Below, piece after piece: positions 19,689 to 29,148 of a stretch of 57,684 nt of DNA (position 1 is the stretch's first letter; each line of letters starts with the position of its first letter). Origin of the DNA: Candidatus Bathyarchaeia archaeon (GTDB lineage Archaea > Thermoproteota > Bathyarchaeia > Bathyarchaeales > Bathycorpusculaceae); NCBI GenBank assembly GCA_049512075.1, contig JBEKXL010000015.1, positions 1-57,684 of the forward strand, written 5' to 3'. A program made the translations under genes and the position numbers. The notes under the pieces were generated by a model. It saw only the letters and a program-made list of their open reading frames with translations. It was not told the DNA's origin and ran no database searches.

Positions 19689-19845
19689 ATGAACCATCAA
19701 TTGCAATCGTGAAGTGAAACGTAACGATCTCGTACTCTTATCTTAAGAAACTTTCCCTGAGCGCGAGCCATGAGACATCATCGACCAACTTCGACAACGC
19801 TCGTCTTAAATTTCCAGACTAGCAAAGGATTATTGAAGTGAGTCT

Positions 19846-20313
19846 ATGTTAAATGAAATTGACGCCAAAATAGGGAAGGCTAAAGAAGCACTGAAGCAGT
19901 TTGGTTACGACCGAATCGATGTTTCCGCAAGGGAGTTTTATGATTGGATGACTGGCGAGATTTTCTCTGATGACCCTACAACTTTGCGTGATGTTCTGGG
20001 CAATGAGTACATAATGATACACGAACTAGTGGAAATAAGCGAACTCAAGAAAATGGGAAGAACCATCGACAAACGAGTTATCGCGGACTCGCCCAGGACG
20101 GCAGTTTATGATGCACATCTAACTGCCATGGAAACAGAACTCAAATACGCACTTCACAAGTGCGACACGTACTGGGCGAAAATCAGACTGAGACAGCACA
20201 AGGAAAGCGTCCTAGACGACGATCCAAACCTTCCAGAAGAACTGCGACCGAGGGCAGAGGAAATATACGAAAAATATCGCAGACTCCCCAAACAAGCATC
20301 AGAGCGACCCTGA
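19846..20313 (+). CDS. Hypothetical protein with HExxE motif
   Basis: 155 aa, 'MIHELVEISELK...AHLTAMETE', possibly metal-binding. Confidence 0.7.
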   Translation: MLNEIDAKIGKAKEALKQFGYDRIDVSAREFYDWMTGEIFSDDPTTLRDVLGNEYIMIHELVEISELKKMGRTIDKRVIADSPRTAVYDAHLTAMETELKYALHKCDTYWAKIRLRQHKESVLDDDPNLPEELRPRAEEIYEKYRRLPKQASERP

Positions 20314-20355
20314 ACCTGTGAAAGCTCTTAAGATAGCGCGCGCTTGCGTGGTTTT

Positions 20356-20932
20356 TCATCCTGTGGGCATTACTATCGCCTGATCGGAGGTTCCATACGT
20401 GACGCTTTTTCCTTCCACGTGGAGTTTTCCAACGAGAGCACAGGTTACAGCGTCCAGTTCATGGTCACTCATTCGGGTATTCAGTCCTCTCACTCCGCCT
20501 TCTCCAAACCCTCTCTTAACCTGTCTAGCCCCGTTTGCTTTCTTGGAATTCCAAGAACGCCTTGGGCGACACCAGGATAGACCTCTATTACTCTAAAACG
20601 TTTGTTCTCAAGGGTTCTTCTCAGACTCATGCCCCTAGTAGTAAGTTTTCTCATCGGGCCGAGAGTGACTGGAAAGAATTTTATCCCTCTTCGCAGGAGT
20701 TCTTTGTCACACTCTCTCAGATGAACGTTCGTCCTTTGCTCTATTGACTCTCGCCCAGCCGGAAGACTCAGAGGCGCATCGATGGCAACTATCTCGGGCT
20801 TACTTCCTTCTGTCTTCTCCAGCACTTCCTCATCTGTGTAGACCAGGACGTCTCTGCTTTCATGTCCCTCAGTACGCAAAGACCCGTGGGTCTGCTTTCA
20901 ACACCTGCCAAATCCAAGCCGACTATCGACAT
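20356..20932 (-). pseudogene. DUF429-family (RNase H-like nuclease) gene with two frameshifts
   Basis: MSIVGLDLAGVESRPTGLC (from 20932), then 'IVAIDAPLSLP...RECDKEL...IEVYPG' in a second frame, then 'SDHELDAVTCALVG' to TGA 20356 in a third; shifts at ~20846 and ~20496. Confidence 0.8.
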
Positions 20933-21130
20933 TCAGCATCAACGCATTAGTCCCATGGCTAGTCTTATAATTCTTCCACAAGCGCCCTTCCCGCGCGTGG
21001 TCGGGGCAAGTGTTTGGAATTAAGCCAATCGCGCGCTTGAAACAGTGGACGCGTGCATTGTCAATTCTGGAGTCCACTAATTCCTAATTGAAATAAAAAA
21101 AGATAGGGGTGAAGTGTTTTTTTTATGAGT

Positions 21131-21295
21131 CTAGATTTTTCTTTTGCCTAGCGTGGATCTGAAGGTTTTTCCGCAGTGTTCAAAGAGTCCGATTGTCAGT
21201 TCCGTTCTCTTGCCGCTCTTGTCTGCTTTGCCTGCCATCTTCCAAGTCTTCTTAGGAGTGCTGACTTCTTTTCCACATAAAGGACATTTAGCCAT
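21131..21295 (-). CDS. cren7: Cren7-like chromatin protein with a zinc-knuckle (54 aa)
   Basis: MAKCPLCGKEVSTPKKTWKMAGKADKSGKRTELTIGLFEHCGKTFRSTLGKRKI has the Cren7 pattern P-x-K-x-W...IGLF...GK-x-FR; not in the ORF track. Confidence 0.7.
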   Translation of the reverse strand: MAKCPLCGKEVSTPKKTWKMAGKADKSGKRTELTIGLFEHCGKTFRSTLGKRKI

Positions 21296-21543
21296 AATGA
21301 TCCCGATTCATCATTTGCATGGGATGAGCATAAAACATTTTCCATTGCGACCTCCCAAAATCGGCCTGATCACGCCCCTTCTAGCTGCAAACAACGCGAA
21401 AAGATACATCACAAGCACATACTAACGTCCAAACGGTTGCATAATCAATCGCTTGACTCCCGAAAAAATCACGGTTTGAGTAATCAAACACAAGTGCAAG
21501 ATTTCAACATAAGCCCGTTTCCTGGGCAGCGCCCCATCCACCG

Positions 21544-22245
21544 TCAGCCAAGGCGAACGTTACACTTTCCCCTTCTGTACTCCTTGCCCAACCTGAGCAA
21601 AGCAGTCTCAAAGTGCACGAACGATTCTCCCGCAACCCCGTTTTTTGCCCAGAAAGCCTTCAGCCGTTTCAAAGCCTTTTCACCGTCCAGACCCTTCTCC
21701 AGGATTCCGAGCCGTTCACCAGCAAGAAGTTCGAGGCCCGTCGGGTAGGGATCAGCCTTCTCCCAGATGCCCCGCAACTCTCTCAGAAAAATGCTCACCG
21801 TCACATCACCAACCCCGTTCCCCAAACCCTTCAGCCTTCTCTCCAAATCCTGCGAGCTTGAAGCCACGCTGTGAACACGGCTCAAACTCCCACCGTACTC
21901 CTCCGCAAGCTTGTTCGCCACCTCCAGAAGCTTGTCCGCAGTCTTGTAGTCGTACCGCGTGTAGCCGCCTTTATCCAGGATCTCAACCAGCCCCTCCCAC
22001 CCAGTTCCGACAATCTTCCTAGGAGTCAAAACACCGTGCTTCTCAAAGCAACCGTAGGTCCTGATGGCCGTAGACTCCGTTATCGGAGCACCGAACAACA
22101 GCGACGCCAAAAACCACTTGAAAACCTCCGCGTCATCGCCCTCGCCAAGCCTTATGCCCAGAACCTCAGAATACCTCCGCCCATAGGCTTCAACGAACTC
22201 TTTCAAGCCAACCGTTTTCACAAACTTTTTCACCCTGCCCAACAA
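21544..22245 (-). CDS. HhH-GPD / endonuclease III-related protein
   Basis: 'FKWFLASLLFGAPI', 'GGYTRYDYKTA', HhH 'LKGLGNGVGDVTVSIFLRELRGIW'; start may be slightly downstream. Confidence 0.75.
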   Translation of the reverse strand: MLGRVKKFVKTVGLKEFVEAYGRRYSEVLGIRLGEGDDAEVFKWFLASLLFGAPITESTAIRTYGCFEKHGVLTPRKIVGTGWEGLVEILDKGGYTRYDYKTADKLLEVANKLAEEYGGSLSRVHSVASSSQDLERRLKGLGNGVGDVTVSIFLRELRGIWEKADPYPTGLELLAGERLGILEKGLDGEKALKRLKAFWAKNGVAGESFVHFETALLRLGKEYRRGKCNVRLG

Positions 22246-22289
22246 ACCTTATACATGCACAGCATAAACGGTTTACGAGGCAATGAGCC

Positions 22290-23315
22290 ATGCCAACGAT
22301 AGAGTGGCGCAACGGCACGGTGCAGACGATTGACCAGACACGACTCCCCAACGAAGAAGTATCCATCACCATGAAAAACTGCCTGGACGTGGCCGACGCC
22401 ATAAAAACAATGAAGATAAGAGGCGCACCCTTGCTTGGAGCAGCCGCAGCCTTCGCCTTAGCCCTCACAGCCCGCAACACAAAGGCAAAAACGAAAAAAC
22501 AACTCATCATCGAACTCGAAAAAGCCGCAGAAACCATAAGGGCGACAAGACCCACAGCAGTCAACCTCTTCTGGGCCCTGGACAGAATCCTCGACAAAGC
22601 CAAAACAGCTGAAGGCAGCGCAGAAACTGTGGCCGCACTCGTCGTGGAAGAAGCAAACAGAATCGCTGAAGAAGACGTCGCCACAAACCGTCTTATCGGC
22701 AAGCATGGAGCCAGACTCATCCACGACGGAGACGCTGTGTTGACACACTGCAACGCCGGCGCGCTGGCCACTGTAGATTTTGGCACAGCCCTAGGCATCC
22801 TGAGAGCCGCATGGGAACAGGGAAAGAGGTTCAAGGTTTTCGCGGACGAAACCCGCCCGCTCCTGCAGGGCGCCAGGCTCACGGCCCATGAGCTCAAACG
22901 AGCGGGGATACCCGTCACACTGATTACGGACAGCATGGCCGGCTACGTGATGAGCAAGCAGATGGTGAACAAGGTCATCGTTGGAGCGGACCGCATAGTC
23001 CAGGACGCCGTTATCAACAAAATCGGCACCTTCACCGTCGCCGTCCTAGCCAAAGCGCACAGGATCCCCTTCTACGTTGCAGCACCCAAATCCACGTTCG
23101 ACCTAAAACACACGTCTACACAGGTCGTCATCGAGGAACGGAAACCCGAAGAAGTCACGCACATCGGCCAGCAACGCATCGCCCCAGAGGGAATAGACGT
23201 GCTAAACCCGGCCTTCGACGTAACACCGTTCAAGTACGTCTCAGCCATCGTCTGCGAAACCGGCATCCTGCGCAGAAAGGATTTAAAACGGTTTGAGGCC
23301 AACCGCTATAAGTGA
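22290..23315 (+). CDS. mtnA: Methylthioribose-1-phosphate isomerase (eIF2B-like family)
   Basis: IDQTRLP, IRGAP, TRPTAVNLFWA, LTHCNAGALAT, DETRPLLQGARLT, GADRI, NPAFDVTP. Confidence 0.9.
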   Translation: MPTIEWRNGTVQTIDQTRLPNEEVSITMKNCLDVADAIKTMKIRGAPLLGAAAAFALALTARNTKAKTKKQLIIELEKAAETIRATRPTAVNLFWALDRILDKAKTAEGSAETVAALVVEEANRIAEEDVATNRLIGKHGARLIHDGDAVLTHCNAGALATVDFGTALGILRAAWEQGKRFKVFADETRPLLQGARLTAHELKRAGIPVTLITDSMAGYVMSKQMVNKVIVGADRIVQDAVINKIGTFTVAVLAKAHRIPFYVAAPKSTFDLKHTSTQVVIEERKPEEVTHIGQQRIAPEGIDVLNPAFDVTPFKYVSAIVCETGILRRKDLKRFEANRYK

Positions 23316-23347
23316 AAACACTCTTATGCATGCTGAGAGGCGTTCAG

Positions 23348-23899
23348 ATGAGCAGGAGTGAAGAAAAAGCGCCGTCGGAGCTCAGGGCCAAGGGCTTGCT
23401 CGTGAAAGACGGCGTGAAGGTTCCTGAAAAACGGTTTGTAGACGAGCTTTCCCAGAGAGGCTACGGCGTGCCAGGAAAGAAGAGTTTTCTGCTTACATTC
23501 TACGAGGCGCTCTACCTCGTAGACAAGTCGATGCTGGAGGTTGAGGATGAAAACGGTGAAAAAGCGGGTTTTCAGAGGCTGCTCCAGCGTTACGAAAGCG
23601 TTAACGAGAACGCGTGGGCGTGCTACCTGGTCTTCCGTGATTTGAGAAGCAGGGGATACGTTGTGCGCGAGGGCTTCGGCCAGGGCGTGGATTTCCGAGT
23701 TTACGAGCGCGGCGACTACAGCAAGGACACGGCAAAGTACCTGATAGTGAGCGTTCAAGAGGGAAAGCCTATTGCAGTTGAAAGCCTGAGCCGCGCGTTG
23801 ACACAGAGCCTTAGCCTCAAGAAAGAACTCGTCCTGGCCGTCATGAACCGCAGAGGAGAAATAGTTTACTACTCCGTCTCAGAATTAAGCTTGAAATAA
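23348..23899 (+). CDS. endA: tRNA splicing endonuclease subunit, probably the structural (non-catalytic) one
   Basis: 'LTFYEALYL', 'YLVFRDLRSRGYVVREG', 'DFRVYERG'; the catalytic His region appears absent. Confidence 0.8.
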   Translation: MSRSEEKAPSELRAKGLLVKDGVKVPEKRFVDELSQRGYGVPGKKSFLLTFYEALYLVDKSMLEVEDENGEKAGFQRLLQRYESVNENAWACYLVFRDLRSRGYVVREGFGQGVDFRVYERGDYSKDTAKYLIVSVQEGKPIAVESLSRALTQSLSLKKELVLAVMNRRGEIVYYSVSELSLK

Positions 23900-23916
23900 G
23901 AGGGGGAAGGCTGAGC

Positions 23917-25218
23917 ATGGCCGAGTTCAAGACCGTCCGAGGCATGAGAGACTTTCTCCCAGAAGAAGCCAGGCTGCTACGACACGTTGAAGGCAGGGCT
24001 AGGGAAGTGGCGAGGCTCTACCGTTACAGGGAGATTGTGACGCCCGTCGTTGAGTCATACGAGCTCCTGTCAGCCAAAGCCGGTGAAGAAGTCAAGTCGC
24101 GCATGTTCCTCTTCAAGGACCTGGGCGGAAGAGACGTCGCGTTGCGACCGGAGTTCACCGCCTCCGTGGCTAGGCTTGTGGCCACGACCTTGCGGAACGA
24201 GCCCAGGCCGTTCAGGCTCTTCTCTGTTGGAAGCATATACAGGTACGATGAGCCACAACGGGGCCGTTACCGAGAGTTCTGGCAGACGAACTACGAGCTG
24301 ATGGGTTCAAGCAGACCAGAGGCAGATGCTGAAATCCTGCTACTGACGAACAGCCTCATGCAGACCGCAGGGTTGAAGAAGTTCGCGTTCAAAGTCGGCC
24401 ACATCGGCGTCCTGAGAGGCATACTTACCCAAGAGAAACTCGTGGACAAGGTGCAGAGCGCCGTCATGCAGCTCATGGACAAGAAACAGTACGAAGATGC
24501 GTTCAGACTCGTGGAAAGCGCAGGCGTGTCAGAAACGTGCATTCTGACCCTTCAAAAACTGGTCGAACTCAAGGGCAACAACGTTCTCGACGTGGTCGAC
24601 AGAGTAGCCGAACTCGTGGGAGATTATGAAAAGTCTGTTGAGGCTTCGAGGAACCTGGGCGAGATTCTGGATCTTGTTTTGAAGAGCAGATGCGATGTTG
24701 ACATGACGGTTGACGCGGGGTTCGCCAGGGGGCTAGAGTATTACACGGGAATGATTCTTGAAGTTTACGTGCCCGACCTGGACATAGCATTGGGCGGAGG
24801 CGGAAGATACGACAGGCTGATTGAGCTGTTCGGGGGCGACCCGACCCCTGCTGTGGGCGTTGCCCATGGAGTGGACAGGCTGATGCTGGCGTTGCAGGAG
24901 CAGAAGGCTGCCCAGAGAACCTTGCGAGAGACTGAGGAGGAAAGGGCGGTACTGGTTGTTCCCATCAAGGAGGAGCTGAGGGGTGAGGCCTTGAGGGTTT
25001 CGCAGATGCTTAGGAACGCGGGAGTGTCGGTTGAGCTTGAGGTCATGGGGCGAAAGATGGCCAAGGCGTTGGAAGATGCAGATAGGAGAAAGATGAGTTA
25101 CGCTGTGATAATCGGGGAAAGAGAGCTCAAAGAAGGAGCAGTCGTCGTTCGAAACTTGGCCAAAAGAGTGCAGAGCACGGTCAAGATTGAAGATGTTTTG
25201 GAAGCAGTGAAAAGCTAG
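23917..25218 (+). CDS. hisS: Histidine-tRNA ligase
   Basis: VRGMRDFLP, LRPEFT, YRYDEPQRGRYREF.Q, RGLEYYTG, GGGRYD, anticodon-binding domain. Confidence 0.96.
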   Translation: MAEFKTVRGMRDFLPEEARLLRHVEGRAREVARLYRYREIVTPVVESYELLSAKAGEEVKSRMFLFKDLGGRDVALRPEFTASVARLVATTLRNEPRPFRLFSVGSIYRYDEPQRGRYREFWQTNYELMGSSRPEADAEILLLTNSLMQTAGLKKFAFKVGHIGVLRGILTQEKLVDKVQSAVMQLMDKKQYEDAFRLVESAGVSETCILTLQKLVELKGNNVLDVVDRVAELVGDYEKSVEASRNLGEILDLVLKSRCDVDMTVDAGFARGLEYYTGMILEVYVPDLDIALGGGGRYDRLIELFGGDPTPAVGVAHGVDRLMLALQEQKAAQRTLRETEEERAVLVVPIKEELRGEALRVSQMLRNAGVSVELEVMGRKMAKALEDADRRKMSYAVIIGERELKEGAVVVRNLAKRVQSTVKIEDVLEAVKS

Positions 25219-25494
25219 AGTCCAAATCGTGCAGCGACCAAAGCATCTGATGCTGGATTTTGAGCCCTTGCTTCTAGGTGCCTGATTCGCGATTTCTCTG
25301 AGGCACAAACCGTTGATGACGTCACACGTTGTGTGATTCTTCCGCACTGCTTGAGATTATCTCTTTTGGTTTGAGGCAATTCCTGGAGTTCCTCGCACCA
25401 TGGGTTTCATTTCCGACGCTTGTCATGGCGCGCGCTCCGCGTTCTTACGTTGTTTTGGCAGTCTCTGAGTTGTTGCGTGTATTCTGAAGGGCGG

Positions 25495-26682
25495 CTAATC
25501 ATGGGTGGAGAAAATGTTTGTGTACTCTTTGCTCTCCCAGTAGGATGCTACTCTCCTAGCGAGTAATCCGTCGATGAAGCAGTAAACGATGAAAAACACT
25601 GTGGTAGTAACCAGGCTTGGGATAACCAGGTTTATGACGAGTAAGGGTATTCTTGCGATTGCCAGTATTATCAACAGGATTAAGCCCTGGCCCAAAACAC
25701 TCTTCCAGCCTCGTTTTATTGAAACATGCCAAATATGCTCGGTCAAAAAGCTGTTCAAACCGCCAATTATGAACAAGAGCACAACAATCCCCAGTATGAA
25801 GCCGATTATGAAGCCCACCAAAATCAGAAAAGCGGTGAGAACAATCCACACTATTTCAGCTACCATTAGCAGGCCTGAAAAGGCCGTTCCGTGTAGGAAA
25901 AGCCTAGCCAACGTGGCTTTCCATGAAAGCTTCCCCGCCAAAGCGGCCTTATCCGATTTTTGAGGCTCATTGGGAGTCCACCATCCGTCCCTGGGCTGCA
26001 AGGCCCAGTTCGCGTGCTTGGTTTGCTCGTAAGCCAGAAAAGCGAGGGGCGACTGCACAAGACAAAACAATACCAAAGCGACCCACCACAGACTCGTAGC
26101 CAGCGACATCACGAAAATTGGAGTCACGACAATCAAGTCTGCCATGAGAAGACCGAATAACACCGGATACTTGAGCACTATTGCCCATTCACTATCATAC
26201 AGTGTTCCGCCGCTTTTCCAGACGAATGCTACTTCCTTGGCGACGAATCCGTCAACGAAACAGTAAGCAATGTAGACCACCACGATAGTGATCCAGCTTG
26301 GAATCAGGAAGTTTATTATGATGGATGGTATTCCAACCAATAGCAGGGCGATGAACAGGACGAGGCCGTGGCCCAGAACAGCCTTCCAGTCCTGTCTTAT
26401 TGAGACTTTCCATACGAACTTTGTTAGGAGAATGTTCAAGCCACCTTCTATGAATATGTACAGAACAAAGCTCAGTATCAAACTGATTACTACGCCCAGC
26501 ATTAGACCGACTGCGAAGCCTACCATTACCAGAGTACCAGTAACAAATGCCCATACGATCGTAGAAACTGCTAGTAGCGCAGAGAAGGCTATTCCGTGAA
26601 GAAAAAACCTGGCCAGTAGGGACCCAAATGAGTGGCCTTTCTGTTCTCCTTCTTTCTCCACCGGACTTCCCCCAATATTCAT
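25495..26682 (-). CDS. Polytopic membrane protein with an internal duplication
   Basis: Two similar ~135-aa hydrophobic units ('LAR.FLHG.AFS...W.VSI...WK.VLG.GL...YCF.DG..A..VA..W') separated by a 2-TM linker; start at 26682 inferred. Confidence 0.75.
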   Translation of the reverse strand: MNIGGSPVEKEGEQKGHSFGSLLARFFLHGIAFSALLAVSTIVWAFVTGTLVMVGFAVGLMLGVVISLILSFVLYIFIEGGLNILLTKFVWKVSIRQDWKAVLGHGLVLFIALLLVGIPSIIINFLIPSWITIVVVYIAYCFVDGFVAKEVAFVWKSGGTLYDSEWAIVLKYPVLFGLLMADLIVVTPIFVMSLATSLWWVALVLFCLVQSPLAFLAYEQTKHANWALQPRDGWWTPNEPQKSDKAALAGKLSWKATLARLFLHGTAFSGLLMVAEIVWIVLTAFLILVGFIIGFILGIVVLLFIIGGLNSFLTEHIWHVSIKRGWKSVLGQGLILLIILAIARIPLLVINLVIPSLVTTTVFFIVYCFIDGLLARRVASYWESKEYTNIFSTHD

Positions 26683-27007
26683 ACCAACAGAAGAATTAAT
26701 ATACTTTCTCCAATAGCAATATGCGTTAGAAACAGAAAGAATAATTTTCTGAATCAAGTGAGTGACATCCATACGCTTGGAGAGCAAAGCATCCGCCCGC
26801 TCAGTCCGATTTCGCATCGAAGCTCCTTGTACACCACGGAAGATTAAGATCAGAGCGCAACCACAGATGGTTGTTGTATGTCGACAAACAGACTAAGACT
26901 TATCTTCTCGGCGGAAGGAGTGGACAAACAACATAGAATAGAGTGTAGCCAGTGAGGACCAGACTGGTCAGAAAAAGCGTATTGCAACGTGTGGACGACT
27001 GAAAGCC

Positions 27008-28255
27008 ATGAGGAAATCAGACTCGGAAGAAAACAGCCCAAATTCGCGGTCGGCCAAGCTTTTTCGCGGCAACACCGCGGTAATCATCGGCAGCAACATG
27101 GTGAATGGTTTTGGAACAGGAATAATCGGTCCTTTCCTTTCGCTTTACTTCGTCAGCATCGGCGGAGACCCTATAAGATTAGGGTTCATGTCTTCAATAT
27201 CAATCATAATACAGTGCTTGATACTCTTCCTAGGAGGACGCGTAGCAGACCACTACGGTAGAAGAAGACTGATAGTGATCGCAGCGTTTTACGCAGTGCT
27301 CTTCCCAGCGTTGTACGCGTTGATTCGTGACTGGCGAATCTTCTTCGTAACATCCGCGATGGGCGCTTTCGGAGCCATATCCAGTCCAGCGTATCATGCA
27401 ACAGTGGCTGATTCGATTCCTCCCGAAAAAAGAACTACAGCGATTTCAATGCTTCAAGTTTTTCCCTCCTTTCCTGCGATATTCTCTCCTCTGATTGGAG
27501 GATGGTTCATAGACACGTACGGCCCGCAGAGCGGCTTCAGACTGGCCTGCGCGTTCGTTGCAGGAACAACATTGGTCTCTGCCGCAATTTTGCTGCTGTT
27601 CCTCAAAGAAACAATACGACCAAGAAACGGACAGAAATCCACTGTCCTTGGCAACTCGACGGTGAGTATCCGTGGTGCACTATCAGCAAAATCCCTGCAC
27701 AGTCTAATGGCACTGCTTTTTGCGTACGGACTCGTCGCCTTTGCCAACGCGCTGATCAGCAATTACTACATTCTCTACGCAACTCAAGTCATAGGTCTTG
27801 ACACATTGAGTTATGGAATCATCGTCAGCCTACAAATTCTTTCCATCACGCTCTTGAAAATTCCTGGAGGATGGGCAAGTGACAAGTATGGCAAGAAGAA
27901 GATCATGATAATCTCAATATTAACGTGTACCCCCTTCGTAGTCGCGTTCACATTCTCTCGATTATTCGTTCAAGCAGCGATCACCATGATCCTATTGGCA
28001 ATAGCAGGAATGTACTATGCACCCGCGCATGAAGCTCTTCAAGCTGACTTAGCCCCCCGGGAAATTAGAGGAAGAATCACGTCTTTTTGGGACATATGTG
28101 GCGCCATCGGAGGAGCCGTAGGCGCACCCCTTGGAGGCTTTTTCTTCCAAACAATCAGTCCCGCAACACCTTTCTACCTTTTCGCCGTAGTTGAGGTGGC
28201 AGCTGCCCTCTTGATACTCGTCGCTGTCAAAGAACCGCAAAAAGCACAAAACTAA
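27008..28255 (+). CDS. MFS transporter
   Basis: About 12 TM segments; motif A 'GRVADHYGRR' and 'GWASDKYGKK'. Confidence 0.92.
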   Translation: MRKSDSEENSPNSRSAKLFRGNTAVIIGSNMVNGFGTGIIGPFLSLYFVSIGGDPIRLGFMSSISIIIQCLILFLGGRVADHYGRRRLIVIAAFYAVLFPALYALIRDWRIFFVTSAMGAFGAISSPAYHATVADSIPPEKRTTAISMLQVFPSFPAIFSPLIGGWFIDTYGPQSGFRLACAFVAGTTLVSAAILLLFLKETIRPRNGQKSTVLGNSTVSIRGALSAKSLHSLMALLFAYGLVAFANALISNYYILYATQVIGLDTLSYGIIVSLQILSITLLKIPGGWASDKYGKKKIMIISILTCTPFVVAFTFSRLFVQAAITMILLAIAGMYYAPAHEALQADLAPREIRGRITSFWDICGAIGGAVGAPLGGFFFQTISPATPFYLFAVVEVAAALLILVAVKEPQKAQN

Positions 28256-28491
28256 AGAAATCAGGCGAACATGATGCCGACTGCAATTTTTGAGCGAGCA
28301 AGACGACAGATACGCGCGCGAGACGCGCCAACCGCAAAGAATAATCCTAAGACCTGTCCGTACGCAGCAGAGGAAAACTCAGCATACAAAGATACCTAAG
28401 ACTAATGCACCATCTCAATTGGCGCCCAAATTATCTATTTGCTGCGCCCTGCAAAAGTGAATTTTGATCGTTTGTTAACTGACGTTTTCAG

Positions 28492-29148
28492 TCAGTCTAC
28501 GTCTCCAGTTTCGGGAACTATTTCCATGGGTTCGTTCTTAATCTTCTCGGTTCTCTTGTGTCCCACTTCTGAAATGACAGATTCGACTACGATGAACACG
28601 ACAATCAGAATCACTATCAGAAGTATTCCGATGGAATTGCGCATGTCAAGTGCTATGTATCCGAGCCAAGGAACCCGCATGACAACTTTCCCGATCACAT
28701 TCTCCGCTGGAGTCGGCGAATAAGGACCTGGCTCAAAGTTATTGTCACCCTGAGTTATGAAATAGATTTGTCCGTTCGAGACGGTTTTGCCAACCGCTCT
28801 GTGAACGATTAGTTCATCATTGCCGATAGCGCGAAATACTAGTATGTCGCCAGATCTCCCGCTCTCGTTGAATGGGGCAGCGTAGACATCATTCGGGTTG
28901 ACCCCCTCCACTATGATTAGATCACCCGTGTGCAGTGTCCGCGAGAAGGGGCCTGCCCAGCCTGGATCAGGCGCGCCTTTGGGCACGCTCATGCTTCCAG
29001 AAGCCACAGCAAGCACGGGATAATCCGTGTTTAACCCCAAACGCAGGCCGTACCAAAAGCCTAAGACCACCACGACTATGAGGAGAATCATTACGACGGT
29101 CCGAAAATACTCGTTTTTCCATAATTGCTTGTTTCGTTGTGTTGCCAA
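28492..29148 (-). CDS. Signal peptidase I (S26, archaeal type)
   Basis: 'VASGSM', 'GDLIIV', 'GDILVF', 'IVHRAV', 'TQGDNN', 'IGKVV.RVPWLG'; TTG start inferred. Confidence 0.88.
   Translation of the reverse strand: MATQRNKQLWKNEYFRTVVMILLIVVVVLGFWYGLRLGLNTDYPVLAVASGSMSVPKGAPDPGWAGPFSRTLHTGDLIIVEGVNPNDVYAAPFNESGRSGDILVFRAIGNDELIVHRAVGKTVSNGQIYFITQGDNNFEPGPYSPTPAENVIGKVVMRVPWLGYIALDMRNSIGILLIVILIVVFIVVESVISEVGHKRTEKIKNEPMEIVPETGDVD

Larger units (their letters stand above)
482..25435. repeat. Dispersed palindromic GCGCGCGC octamer family at gene junctions
   Basis: Exact copies start at 482, 776, 4979, 5271, 6007, 6165, 7516, 8634, 11325, 13420, 13624, 15098 (the only one inside an intact gene), 20336, 25428 (and 56940). 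Variants at 100, 4898, 5290, 11356, 16622, 21030, 28313, 47500. Confidence 0.9.

Noticed and set aside
19707-19845. SAM riboswitch upstream of metK
   Set aside because: Short divergent-promoter region with no recognisable SAM-I/II core.
22190-22936. Long antisense ORFs (also 24733-25347, 38265-38894, 39370-40212, 44575-45204)
   Set aside because: Shadow or alternative frames overlapping well-supported genes, with no recognisable motifs.
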